Origin: Nitrospinaceae bacterium
GTDB lineage: Bacteria > Nitrospinota > Nitrospinia > Nitrospinales > Nitrospinaceae
Reading direction: 5' to 3'
Length of the DNA: 64,000 nucleotides
Assembly (NCBI GenBank): GCA_965237905.1
Contig: OZ250172.1
Coordinates: 2,336,001-2,400,000, forward strand
Position 1 is the stretch's first letter. Every line of letters starts with the position of its first letter. The notes below the pieces were generated by a model. That model was given only the letters and a program-made list of their open reading frames with translations. It made no database searches and had not been told where the DNA came from. Of this stretch, positions 51,901 to 58,000 are shown piece by piece. A program made the position numbers and the translations under genes.

Positions 51901-52069
51901 CACCGTGGACGCAACCGACGGGACCTTTAAAGTCGGCTTCGTGATAGACGGTATGCGTTACTTTACGCCGGCACTCGATCATGCGGCCTCGGCGACGGGT
52001 CTCGAAGACGCCTTACAGCTCGTCCTCAATATGGCTTTTGGGGTTGATGGCGGTGGACGACCCGGATGA
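27989..52069 (+). CDS. Giant LEPR-XLL / RTX-like calcium-binding surface protein, N-terminal 8026-aa ORF (continues in another frame)
   Basis: LETLEPRVLLAAD near the N-terminus, many GGxGxDxL nonapeptides, Calx-beta-like modules, and a very Gly/Asp/Thr-rich composition. Confidence 0.93.
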   Translation: MAYPFAQFDTRTPPAAEGYVPSFLSKLPFIRRSSKGTTGGYRKPPANQHVLETLEPRVLLAADLSFGAATDLTLQYDSLASEYQLIDDLSNVVSQITAGTVDGGDGVIDIDGSAGDDTLGLDWATLLGGKNINFTGLGTDTLSVLSDSDMNLTSTQLTVNGLGYTVSGFDAARLTGGAGDNILDASGFSGNVRLEGAGGHDTLIGGSGDDVLIGGGGHDVLFGGSGTDSLAGGLGSDTVRGADKANAWRISAGNQGNVDGVAFSEVENLIGGNSADIFSFDDGAGITGTVTGGGGADELDYATRTTGVNVNLGTATASDTGGFADIESITGGLGTDTLTGADDANIWNLTGTHTGVVGGVSFSGLENLEGGALDDTFALADGASIGTVTGGGGTDTLDYSTRTTGVNVNLGTAAASDTAGFSGIESVTGGLGTDTLTGADSTNTWIIDGSGAGNVSGTTFTGMEHLEGGALDDTFQLTLTGGLTGSISGGAGNDTLIASDSDNVWEITGADQGTLNTLVFVDIENLTGGAGDDLFRFLNGGSISGTIDGAGGINTLDYSSQVAGVAVNLETGSATGLSNFTGINKVTGSSGADTLRGLDASNVWTLSGLDTGSVGSTDFSDIENLEGGSVADTFVVQVGGGLTGTLSGGLGFDELFGADGLNTWTVDAGDSGTLNALPFYDIESLVGGTNEDEFLFAVAGFISGHFTGGPGLDRVRGANQQNTWRIKGSNSGKLNDRDFSGIENIEGGSDADDFILEALGSISGTLTGGAGSDTLDYSETSAGVTIDLSNGTATGTGGISSIENVISSAGNDTIIGALSAVLLDTGAGTDTLDFSNVLSNLNITVHAAGTLSVTDGVDSVNNIAGAENIIGGTATNTYTFEDGASIAGNITGGSNVLSYAAYTTNVSINLNTNTATGTGGASSVVNVIGGAGSDTLTGADSANTWNVTGTNTGSVGGTSFSGVENLAGGTGADSFTFAALSSVDSVAGGGGSDTLDLSSDTAGVTVDLNLGTASYAGTISGIEDVVTGAGNDTIIGALSAVLLDTGAGTDTLDFSNVASNLNITVHVDGTTSVTDGVDTVNNIAGAENIIGGTGTNTYTFEDGASIAGNITGGSNVLDHSANTTGISVNLNTNTTTGVTGTVSNIVNVIGGSGNDTLTGADAANAWSITGVNTGTVGSTSFSGIENLAGGTGADSFTFAALSSVDSVAGNAGSDTLDLSSDTSGVTVDLSLGTASYAGTISGIEDVVTGAGNDTIIGALSAVLLDTGAGTDTLDFSNVASNLNITVHAAGTLSVTDGVNTVNNIAGAENIIGGTGTNTYTFEDGASITGTITGGSNILNYSAYTTNVSINLNANTATGVTGTAANIVNVIGGTGNDTLTGADSANTWNVTGLNSGSVGGTSFSGIENLAGGIDADSFTFAALSSVDSVAGGGGSDTLDLSSDTAGVTVDLSLGTASYAGTISDIENVVTGAGNDTIIGALSAVLLDTGAGTDTLDFSNVASSLNITVHADGTTSVTDGVDTVNGISGAENIIGGTGTNTYTFENGASLAGNITGGSNVLSYAAYTTSVSVDLGNNTATGTTGASSVVNVIGGTGSDTLRGPAPNSTWTIDGPNSGEVAGVTFSGIENLTGAADNEDTFIFYSTGSLSGLADGAAGGFDSLILADGVYETVVYTATGIDSGTISRDGDMITFVGLEPTTDNTAGNKIVDITTAPFDPTNGADIITISGGTGTLTVAGDTFEDITFGGLNPGDTVTVDAEGGNDSITIQSLGDFDGNLRVRGGSGNDQITIENLGSYSRTLTIQGNTGDDTITLDAITASATYDLRGGLEITGDTVEAMVSGDTDFTLSDTQLKVGTKNISLFFIEKANLTGGGGNTEFDILNTWTGDATLTGGGGDDNLDLTGLANPLDLTMSGNTITNNNPTPSITIDQPGGITEEIDFDLFNDPGDLAPGTVSAGELRDAFTKGLDDLVDFADKLVDTASGIQELLNTLPFLGTQVAEVTENIGLNDIFNLGDTGGFFDDLRDIINGTDVLGSLPASPKLSDVINAINSAGTPGIIDNISASFHDTAYRPKGNMDGQALEVLIDLRIMGSVMDTFDLDLGEIANFQGLDLGTITVDATVMVDADITIGLTTGPSPELFLLPNGTLTFTLDVDADLTGLDINLGILEMVGAGMLDYQGVLELTLKDPGNTALDDRIDINEITSANAGQLVDVNPTTDTYNASAAVNLNAGISTAAGAITAFADSPADLGNKTRVTSNAHGLSNGDQILIEGTTSYNDTYTVPSVTADTFDITEAFVADDATGTWSKDLSLASATLNVSGSIFGNLSSPAAAPTVDLDLGAINLFEGFNNMSPLELLGLLSDAANTFATITGTDLLDQEIPFTGRTIGDVLNFAETFRTEVLNPLFKSGDAANPDFNGDNAIDADDLNFTGIQGLVDTLGDKLGLPPISAIFDDTTKELKFTIDFARAFGIGNGQVTTIADGDGITGEHQQLEIDRNTVANFRLAFISSSGDLILTDPIDTSLADTDAAVASKIQSKLIALTEITGVTVTPEASGVTTAAFADSGVSPGQKTRVTDTAHGLANGDVVFIGGTDNYDGQYEISNVTPDTFDITKAFSEDDPSGHWGKGIYNIVFDDPLSDFPHMSFVEGLSINFGESLGDFASIETSGSFHLAAGLDTGLTFGVDLSPNTQIAVVPPAFTPDKVGRVDVTTLLDGGQFLDPETTDEEVSVVVNAIEGTFKLAFRNTPGSGDFLLSDAIDFDSDAADFETALINGWGVADSAIDVTKDGSNPVYTISFKGTLADLDVEVVSDDGILSTDATFDLKVFNLGAPILDSAGKLQFLPNGEVMREPNALFAMTTPITVLKAKTLDNASLQDLAEDVQAAVDDAVNATGQTLGINPLSWTAVNNTETAAHNTILEPENDFRILIELKDTGDSDNDFDVQGILRQTSVISSDPLELLFEQMTPSIGNVVGELQEVITAALDGTGIGITVGQNGAGDKLTFTPSGVGAGQTLTLSTRSLVLASAGGGRISLSAESVGAITDSEGDITAFADSGTDPGVKTTVTSPGHGLNDGETVFITGVLAGSVAAFADSIADPGNKTTVTTGAAHNLAADDVVRLAGTGTDKFDGDFLVTVIDATNFDIEKAFVSGATLGTWSIVNKEFTISNVTANTYDIALAFVAGASTGTWVTDPNFPLVSSTLVDRFVQINIPGATGNTAYTELGLASSPTRFDGIITNDIEITLQINEVAVDVTVLAGNTDGAIGTANTTIQDLVDDIQLAVTTALNANSVALTAAGITGIVGDTIEVKLADPNGNRIQFLAADGKGVSKLAYKIDPSNPSNGALTELGFDLDQLDTITGQSEVKKAKADTFFLEDVSFSGEFGVFANNISATASVGFLGVTATLDPTLNATDEFIGADVDFALRNPLDGTSRIGVKLIANAIEDGKLFFDAAEGFGGTNADPQTGFVDGTIDGGIGLSLDIKPDGLLSGLPASISASLDLIAESPNWLISPPLLSDPLGFEEVLNTGMAQAGIANAITLAASSTTQDDFFNGSKIRITGGTGKVGETRRITDYDGTSKVATVDANWTTNPDGTTTYEILLSPIRFTGTNTETLATALSSGVLTENVSIVVSNNNDGVNADPDEAVGLLKAGDYGNAAGLQAVLQGVVDDARARLADKVGGPVGAITVGLTGSNLTVTGDSGMSLRANRIVLDFMGPDFDDILSQFRDFSFDDIIAALQFIVDFLDGIQEAGLAEDVFDFQIPLINQSVGDLIDLGGEFLDFVEEISSNPSGSLQILENVLRDTLNLPQLADPLGMGLALGTSVSQSLDTLFTFGTETAAQLAQDMSFRLSNGVDEVLVELRAAETQLNADLAALVSQIQGKVDAALAELGVGGSLTVTESSGMISLDPSGLTGVNLSPFSLFSLDLPNGLLNLDYNFSASAEENRSFNLDLADAGLPSEFTNLLGVSSSGLLAVAADLEFNLGLGLDLLGNDKGFFIRTDATNLTASASASGSNLNFSGMLGPLGLFVKGGDANLSASLAVDVADPDGDQRLEIVALGASGAASDLSRLDEFVVFGNLVDTGNIILTATADASLPLFFGLESSPAPLGTPNILSVDIDLIELILDVDNNMDGKIGFDFTLPNVNFNDLSALIPDLFGMLADPAMMVDGLNLILKTLQDTLNGEVFGFELPLIGDLLENNPVSNFIEDFRVDVLQPFANTLRNSNANLDSLIELIRNTFLDGFGPAGLNILKDQALNGVGLEDITANFFKTVDMGGTPTRVLADGITDAEFLQFDFDIGKMFSFQTEEIILDLGIPAFGLSARLRPRVNIDFNLHFGFGVDEDLGFYFVADHKDSMGNPAPELTADVTVDFGTTSNPLSDTSSEMDVQEALEKLPGIGEGNVMVTGSAGGPYTVNLLNGVQLDDAFLAVNLGGASVSVTRVSSTQQTITVTGTGQFAVGIPAELEGQLLFLALQISDGVDLMGDGFDTVTDALTNVSQFASEDFSKLSLAATLDIVELSGDGKLSFPELFSQSSGETFEINVFGAALLRAHAQVDFSTINDDVARLLPSIGTDIIIDFTIGYNPTDGIQVGEPNIGLANISVDLGDIIDGIAGDVLRGVKDILAPTEWLIGPDGLLNFRIPLISDLAGTKVTIRNTLLPAFAPEHAPAVNKFLDVVEQLFFLVDLIDDAAGDADGLMLNFGDFIVTGGDAFANQYIGVFNGDRSLLKDESDGDITNVSQLKKFDPNKIKIPSADEINLSPTAPATSKSFTSGVTGEGSFQLELFKPETIFKLLLGQPDVTLFTVELPEFGFNFFYRQTFPIVGPLAGTFGGGIGAKFDFGVGLDTRGLSQFLASGNPATLLNGFFINDLDPATGFDRNEISFFAEIAVGAALDLGLIKAGVEGGIAATINFNFADLDQDGKIRFDELAANLVANSFNPIAVFDVSGMIEFFLRAFVTLNLGFFKITKNFEFLRLTLFEFNIPFERPAILASQSGDTLTLNIGSSAAQRLNGNTSDISESVIVESVGGGGVIVYSDQFNVNRTVASISPFFGVTKIVADGGAGNDVIDLSGMTDTGIVAEIEGGEGDDVITGGWGDDVLIGGGGRDTIRGNKGKDEIFGGLGNDMLFGDDGDDFLFGEAGDDELDGGLGADTLDGGVGNNFYTRSAGADVFTLLNTGSTQFIEGNAGTPELNLTELFGGGFTLPTSFDIFLKDGSILVGSGERLTGVAVHDILNDPFDFLIPDDVPDFYEHQIFVEDASGFAKIVGGEFSDNFYVVDTPNAMTLDGGIGADHYFLITSDAIGNSTITATIDDQGEGLAEANTIEIVDLDEFDVLDVFDENGVLIPGFNFASHQDDVIIREDSIILDAGSGTPDTITYVSPAGVFNTDQLVINVRTLGMDDLITVESTSLTVPVRVEGGAGDDKIVVGGIAAGIDEIKSILQPGGNGNVGFGPLVLVGGAGTDTVVVDDSQDTSNDTGNIAAFLETREVEPVDMGGSTNFTDDFEVGVISGLGMRFKVQDGVVDDFDEDTVDVDPIFDPLQEQDGRIEFEGFEIAQVLMGGGNDIFTVGGAFNLDNDDSQAGTADPLMNTTTKLSVLRLADDLMLDSSVGIKENLHTFSGMTIVDGGLGEDDIRVLQTQALNQQASPNVTTTVIQNGDRAIPQQEIVRLDIFEDIGFFVLEFADRSLDDSDPSDDEAVPGAQQTVVLTYKFDGTAEQQENLIKEALADLRLVGGLDFVDEVNLLGTPFGDAKRSFEIKFSSQLSDLPVLQVFDTRLLVDGNAGDDVISIQSIDQPTYVLGGGDNDELNANVEIGIGGPILDNPPTPLNEQIAQKAIANGVMDLLTLDGGEEGDQYLVYLFGGGVNSQINLFDSGASTDDSGLILGTDAADLFLLRAAVADDGLAFVAMLKPPVVGDAVDVERINYRGSLDSLDLFGLGGDDAFGIDDTRINMNVYGGLGEDFFQIGQLYKSQRNAVAGVRNADVFTTIETTRGFLSNGITAPMTIFGGKNNDEFVVFHNLAPLVLNGDDGDDSFLIRAFALVGSQEDLRERTDVSGGAGADLIRYAVNAPVNIDGGDGFDTVIVIGTEFNDDFVITEDGIFGAGLNIQFTRVETVEVDGAEGDDRFFILGTSAGILTKITGGLGSDTFFGNGPTPDVVSNDLLGHSGLISHSVDTDLIDPASSFFAGIKVEGISANVVDNDEPAIRVIISDGTSVVSQIDGLFDTYGIVLARKPENGAEVIVTSFAPRGIRFTSDKDGTVGDGGKSIALKFTALTWNTVQTVSFVADESGDAAITVIEPGGMGSDAVQILGLGATEGTFTISSDSDADGLINFTTADISFDIRDLNDDDEEDALDMLGTDIQSALNAKIMGSGGVIADVTRIGKSFVITFLNTDALVNGVDKLETDTTNLTANDFIGTSAGFITHDVSVVGEGDSISGKFVSSDVDGQRAGMATVTPVTDGDMIENEVQFLSFDASDGFFFVSLEDPNNPGQILTSEEMLFIPFDATRVGESISAALNAMAGIEAVVTHVGATDLDYEYEIEFIGVSANTDISFLSVDDSNLTKGERTIGIVGGLPPWVLAQGDDILRGATIKIIAGAGIGQTRLVIENTADTITVANPWIEPLDVTSRIEILRYAGVVLPATLVEIVGDDGKEIDLRETGGETFALEAPEIHGFVDGDFDFLDDDNTLGLVDTITVSLTSAPTSDVTVTFDSDDAFDNTQLFFAVETAGGQFQLIDEITGLVFDDNDLAANSWKNQQTVYVFGTDDTLTEGFHKGVLTLTATGGGYNATSSIVVDIGDNEVAGVMVIENDNSTDVVEIDPLAFPIGLESQTQSGNVFTGNVLTFDFNVSGLAPVGDGVLTVSGIADLDLSSEFLTLDAEGIIVQNLFVTGGSQGGSVTTDVNLTKEQLETLGADGTITFTVTPSAAVGSFITDNELTLDLTYPTGVFTENQPQSGNVFTGNTLTFDFNVSGVTPQGDGVLAVSAIADLNFFTEFLTLDAEGIVVQNLFVSGGSQGGLSTTEVSFTKAQLETLAADGVITFTVTPSAAVGSFISNNKLTLDLTFGTDEVFSNFPTSDSYQLVLTKAPEIGETVEVNLSADLTRTQRGAGLLGIRAFEQEVVLSSDSLTFDTSNWFLPQAVTVTALDDDRVDGSDSKSFPTLLDQANSIEGPLEITGGLSADRSADLEREPVVLPGETNFKPSIGTVQATPPGEDPSFTLTIDLDEIIDGATIIDTLVNGGTDGVTRVTTNTNGDTLVQEVQILTIDAVSGKFKLSLDGGTNKTVDINYDPSDLEAVATAIKNALQPLPGFEIVDVTASGTSFVITFLAGADHPLLEVFDPVTPIGDFETGTFSGWDTTGTTSIETAAFGSGPTEGTFQALLSTFNDTTNPTTSDTDLETFLGLAAGSLDGLNTGDATEGSAIRRTVTVQAGDELSFDWNFLTDEFTPGSLSFNDFAFVSIAGTASELADTNSFFLGSLTVDFNEETGFDTFTHTFATAGTFTIGVGVIDVDDTGVDSGLLVDNFKLVSTAEFLTRVGTEVDFDPSNHTEQVLTVHGNGGSFKLKVGANPATADINFSPDNPSVIQAQVIENALNAVLVGNTADVSGSGSVYVITFDSDPLVPLTVLDEDLRVDEVQTLTINASSGDFRLSLDGGVTFAPDILDPALTSSVTETELAQAIEALGFTDVTVVKDANDPFYTIIYNGPGGEDVPQIEVVESTLLRTVKEALETNLSTTIDGPDDLKDFAIEITQGDGKNKIRVIIGSSDPNNSPDGLILTVSRPWEGGLTDEVPSVLGLSEFTIEKVNRNLLVDENEETDFFFLNDTDNVTSIGELPTAELIITADRLRGLGMGGDQMIGDKLVEGGIRYTGLEELIINLGSGDNRIVIEDTQPGATTINAGDGDDTFFVKSLSGHTFLNGSAGADVFNVDNGTGKLEDINALLTVTGDVAQAVALTLGKGSEPDLIANVEGVDEVQQITVDATDGTFKVGFVIDGMRYFTPALDHAASATGLEDALQLVLNMAFGVDGGGRPG
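30290..32800 (+). repeat. About four near-identical in-frame tandem units of 660-663 bp (220-221 aa)
   Basis: The marker ATCGG(T/C)GCGT (IGALSAVLLDTGAGTDTLDFSNV) recurs at 30431, 31091, 31754 and 32417. Boundaries are approximate. Confidence 0.92.
48470..49165 (+). repeat. In-frame tandem duplication with a 363-bp (121-aa) period
   Basis: CAAAGCGGCAATGTATTTACGGGTAAC (QSGNVFTGN) at 48470 and 48833, with colinear downstream sequence. Confidence 0.92.
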
Positions 52070-55000
52070 TGAAGAACTGGGCACCAAGGACGTATTGGTC
52101 ACGCGGGGCGGCAATGTTTACCGCATTACTTTTACGGATGAAATGGGCAACCAGGATGTCGCACTGCTCGACATCGACGATTTTGCGGATCCCAACGACC
52201 TGGCTCATCTTGGCCTCACCATGGAGAGCGGGGCCGTAGGCGATGTGTTGAATATCAACAACAGCGCAGACGACACGGACACGGTTGCGATCCTGACCGA
52301 TACCTCGTTGACCGGGCTTGGCATGGGCGATATCGGTATTGAGGAAACCACCTTCAACGAGATTCAGACGCTTCGCCTCGATGCCACCGGCGGCACTTTC
52401 CGCTTGAGCTACACCAATGAGGATCTCGATACGTTCGAGACTGCCAATCTGAACTTCGATATTTCTGCGGCGGCTTTGCAGGCGGAACTGGAAACGGTGC
52501 TGGCGACTGCCTTGAGCCTCACACCCGAAGAGCCCATTGATAACATCCGTGTCGTCCAGAATGACGATGTCTACGTGTTCTACTTCCGTGGACTGTTGTC
52601 CAACGCGGATGTCGCTCCCATTGAGGTTGTTGAATTGGCCAATAACCTGACGCGTATCGAGGAGCTTCCGGGAGGAGACTTAACAACAGTAGTGCCTGGC
52701 GACCTTTTCACCACCACCCGCCTCGATGGTATTACAGCGGCCGCTCAAAACGAAATCCAGCAGTTACTCATAACGGCAACGGGCGGCACCTTTACGCTCG
52801 CCTTCCCGGATAATACGGATCCGGACGACATTACTGTGGAATTGCCTTTCGACGTAACTCGCGCGCAACTCCAGCTCGCACTCGAGGCGCTACCGGCCAT
52901 TGTTCCGGGTGATGTCATCATCAGCGAAATTACGGGTGGATTCAATATCGAGTTTGTCAGCGAGCTGTCCTCGCAAAACGTGCCGGAAATGATCGTCGAC
53001 AACCTTACCGATGGCACGGTGACGGTTAACGAGATACAAGCGGGGCTCGACACCGGGCTGAATAACGTCCAGGTAGTGACCGTCAACGCCTCGCAAGGTT
53101 TCTTCCAACTTCAGTTGTATGTCCCGTTGGTTCAGAAGACCCTGCTTACCGAACAGTTGGCTCATGATGCGAGTGCTGAGCAGGTGCGGAGAGCCCTGCA
53201 ACAGGAGTTGGCACGGGAACTCAACGGTATCGCGGAGGGTGCTGACCTGAGCCGCACCCGTGAAGCCTTCAAGTCTGATTTCTCCGTTGCACGGATCGAC
53301 AACGTCTACATCATCGGCTTCCAGGGCGTGACCCGTCAGATCGACGGTGGAGAGGGCGTCAGTCTCTTGAACGTGATCGGTGATGATGAGTTCAACGACA
53401 GCGGCTCTGCCGAGGTGCGCACGCGAATGGACGGCATCAACTACTACGGCATCGAGCAAATCAATCTCAATATGGGTAGTGGTACCGACATTCTGAACGT
53501 ACAGGGCACCAGCCCGGGCAGTTTCAAGCTGGATCGCGATAATACCGTACACGCCGCAACCAATATCACCCTCGCCGTCGGTAACGACCAGATCTTTATC
53601 TCCTCGAATGCCGATCTCGATCACGCCAACATAAACGATGGCGACGTGTTTGAATTCCTGACCGGGCATCTGGACGATGTGTTGGGCAACTTGAATCTCG
53701 ATGTCGGTACCGGGACTCACCGTTTGCTGATCAGTGATGAAGCGGCCACCGTGGGTGACGCCAACATCACGATTTCAGACATCATCACGACGCCAACGGG
53801 TGGGGATACATTTGATGATACTTCGGCCGCCGAGATCCAGGTCAAGGGACTTGCCTATGGCGATATCACCTACGGAGCGGACGCCAGTGCCAATTTTTAC
53901 GATGGCATCATTTACTGGACGGGTTCCGGAGACGATACCATTTTCATCGACGGTACTCATGTGCGGGATGAAGCGGTAGAACGCACCACCACACTGCTCA
54001 ATACCGGACTGGGTGATGACCATGTCACGGTCGACCTCGATGTCCTCGATGAATTCGATGAGCCCGAAGACGGCTTCTTTGTACTGCATACCATGGGCGC
54101 CAAGGTAGCACACACGCCTGTGGATCCAACTCTCAGTGACGGGATTGACGATCCCAGCGACGATGACACAGTCCGGGCATCTGAATCCACGTTGCCGCTG
54201 ATCATTTTCGGCGGCCTCGGCAATGATGACATCATCGCCGGTCAGAACGAGGACATCGTTTTTGGTGACTTTGGCCGCGTGCAGTACCTCAATAGCATCG
54301 GCGAACTGATCGCGGTATTCGGCTTCGGCGCCCGCGATGACGTGATTAGCAGTCAGGTGATCGATCCGACCTGGGTCATTTCTCGCGACTTGAACCTCGG
54401 TGGTGTGGATATTATCGAAGGCGGCGAGGACGACGACATCCTCATCGGCGGCGCCGGGGGGAACAGCATCGGCGACTATATCGACGGCGATGAAGGCGAT
54501 GACCTGATCTTTGGTGATGCCGTTCGACTGGAACGCAGGGACACGGATGTCACGGTGGTTGGCGGAGAACCCGGCAGTATCACTAATCCACGCTTCCAGA
54601 CACTGGAAGGGCAGGTGATTTACACCCGTAACGATATTCCCGCATTCCTGCAGGGACTCACCCCGGCAGAGTTTGGTGAACTGAACGGCAGTAACGTCGG
54701 CGAGGTGTTGGTCGATGGCGTATCACGTGATATTCGCCACCAGGACGGCACACTGGTAGCCGCTTGGAACGAATACGAGATCGTTGAACTGTACCACAGC
54801 TTTGACATCGAGGCGGGGATGGTACCCGGGCTTGAGGACAGCTTCGGCGACGATTACATCGCGGGTGGCGCAGACCACGACGTGATCTTCGGTCAGCTCG
54901 GCGACGATGTGATTCAGGGTGACGGTAGTATTGAGAGCGCGGTAGGTGCGGAGACCCTCGCAGATAACCGGGTTGCCGCGGCACAGGCCGGACTCAATCC

Positions 55001-58000
55001 AGTAGGCGCACGGCGTGTTGATGCCGGCACGAGCATTCTGCCGCCGGAGCTTGTCGGTTTGGTTAACCAAATCCTCGATATAACCGCCTCCTTCGAGACG
55101 GCAGAAGACGGCGACGACTACATCGAAGGTAACGGCGGAAACGATACGGTCTTCGGTAACCTTGGGCAGGACGACATCATCGGCGGCAGTTCCAGTCTGT
55201 TCACTTTGAATGACAGTTCACTCAGGCCCGATGGCGACGGAGCGGATTTCCTCTTCGGCGGGTCGGGCGAGCGCATCGATCGTAATCACGATATCACCGA
55301 TACGAACAAAGACACAATCGTTCTGGATGATGTGCATGCTCGTGATTCGGATGTCATCGCCGGCGACAACGCCAATATTTACAGGATTGTGGGCACTGGC
55401 GACATCACACCGCCCGGTGAAGCTACAATTCCAGGCACGGGAGATACCGGCGGGTTCCTCGATTTTAATTATGATGCGGTGCGCGAAGCGCAACGGATCA
55501 TCGTTCGCGCGGTGGAACTGCTCGACTACACCCTCGGCGGACCGGATTTCGATATGGCGAGTGCGGCCACAGATATTGGCGCGGGCGATGAGATCCATGG
55601 TGGATCCGGCGACGACTTCATCTACGGCATGGTCGGCTCGGATGTCCTGTTCGGTGACAGCGAAGATGACGACATCATTGGTGGCTGGGGCTTAGAATGG
55701 ATTTCCGGCGGCACGGGTGACGATGGCGTGTTGGGCGATGGCGGCCGGATTTATACGAGCAGAAACAGTACTATTTTCGGGGAGTCGCTTTTCGGGATTG
55801 CTGCCTTGAGTGCCGTGGATGTTGAGATCGACACGCCGGGCAATATTCAGGAGGCGATCATCAATGTGAATGGCCAACTTAAAAAGACGGTCGACCTCAC
55901 GCCATTTAACGTTGACCCGAGTAGTTTGCAGGATGCCTTGTTCAATCCGATGTATGCCGACGATATCATTTATGGCGGTCTGGGTGGTGACTTCCTGCAC
56001 GGTGGTGCGGGAGACGACGCGATTTCCGGTGCCGAGGCGCTTCCCATTTCTGCGGCAGTAGTGTACCCGGACAACGACATGACCGATAATGCACGCACCG
56101 ACGGCGTGGTGATCACCCTCGGTTATGACACTCCATTCAATTCCGGAAATATTCTGGGCGCCGATGCGCTCAGGGCGGAAGAGTTTGCCGCTTACGATGA
56201 ATTCAATCCACGGACTAAGATTCTGGTAAATGTGGATGGCGATCTTCTGGATTACTTCCTCAACTTTGATGAAACCGAGGGTCCGGTAGCTCCAGGCAGC
56301 CCGAGCAAGTTTACGGATGGCGATGACCGGATCTTTGGCGATCTCGGCAACGACTGGCTGGTGGGCGGTACGGGTCGAGACACATCGTACGGTGGGCGTG
56401 GCAACGATCTGATGAACGCCGATGACGACCACAATACCGCCAGTGGGTTGAATGATGTTCCCGATGGCCCTGAGTACAGTTACGAAGATCGGGCTTTTGG
56501 TGGCGCTGGCCGGGATGTGCTCATCGCCAATACCGGTGGCGATCGCCTGATCGACTGGGTTGGGGAATTCAACAGTTTCCTCGTACCCTTTGCACCTTTT
56601 GGCCCGCCGACCGTTAGTAGAGCTCCGCAGCCACAAATGGCGGAATTTCTGTATGATCTTTCCGAGAGCGACGGCGCGGATCCAACACGCGCGGCGGATA
56701 CCGGTAATGCGGTTAATCGCAACGGCGAGCCGGACGGGGAACTGGGTGTGGTCCTGCAAAAAGATGATGACTGGGGTGATCAGACCGGTGGGCCGGCTGA
56801 TCCGCAAGCAGGCAATATTCCGGGCGGCAAGCGGGATATTCGGGGAGGTGCCGATTTTAATTCGGGTACTGCGAGCAGCTTTTTCGCTGATAGTGGCACT
56901 TGGACGGTGAGTGGCGGGCGTTTTGAAGTAGCGCCTGAAATCCTGGGAGCGGATGCGGTCAGCGTTTATATGGTCAACGAGTATCTGCCCAACTATTTTG
57001 AGCTCAAGGCCACCATCAATGCCGGCAAACCCACAGCCGGATTGAAATCGAATGCGTATCTGATTTTTGATTACCAGAGCGAGACCGATTTCAAATACGC
57101 CGGGGTCAATATTTCCAACGACAAAATGGAAATGGGATACCGTGATGCCACCGGTTGGCACGAGTTGGTGCAAACCTCTGCGAAGCTCAGACCGAACACG
57201 GATTATGAACTGCTTCTGGCTCTGAATGGTACCGCTGTCACACTGGTGGTGGATAACCAGGATGTCTTCAATTACGTTTATGCACCTCGCGTCGATGCGG
57301 ACGGGTTCAGCTATGGATTGAACGCCGGCATGGTGGGTATCGGTGCTCTCAATTCAGTGGCGCGTATTGATAATGTCAAGGTGCAGGTCCTGCCGCCGGA
57401 GATCACGTTTGAGGACACTGATGATTTTACCACTGCGGCGACGCTGCTCACCGGGGCGACTACGGGTGATTGGCAGGTCGTTAATAATCGTTATCAGGTG
57501 GATGCGACATCTATCGAGTTAGCCCAAAGCCTGGCCGGGTTGACGGTGGACGGGTCGAGTTTGATCCGGCTGGAAGGTGTGTTGAACACCGATGGTATTG
57601 CGGGATATGTGTTCGACCGTTACAGCGCCACCGATTTTAAATTTGCTGCGATTTCGGCAACGGATGATCAGGCTATCATCGGTCACTATGCGAGACAGGG
57701 ATGGGTCATCGATACGGCCGCCAACTGGGTGATCAACGACAATCAGGATTACGACGTTGATGTGACCGTCAAAGGTTCCACGGTGAGTGTCCTGGTGAAC
57801 GGCCAAACCGTGGTCAGTCATGCCTTCAACGCAGTTGCAGTGGACGGCGAGTTTGGCCTTTTGGCCAAAGACGGAATAGCAAGTTTCGATACGGTGACTT
57901 TCGGTACCGACGATCCGGCATTTGGCGGAGTAGGAGAAGCAGCTCTACTGGCGGCGCAGTCGGCGGGTGAGTCGGTGGCGACGTCGACCTTGACGCACGG

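Noticed and set aside
51981..52043. Independent start for the 2260-aa ORF (MRPRRRVSK...)
   Set aside because: There is no evident RBS, it overlaps well-formed coding sequence in the upstream frame, and the repeat module continues across the frameshift.
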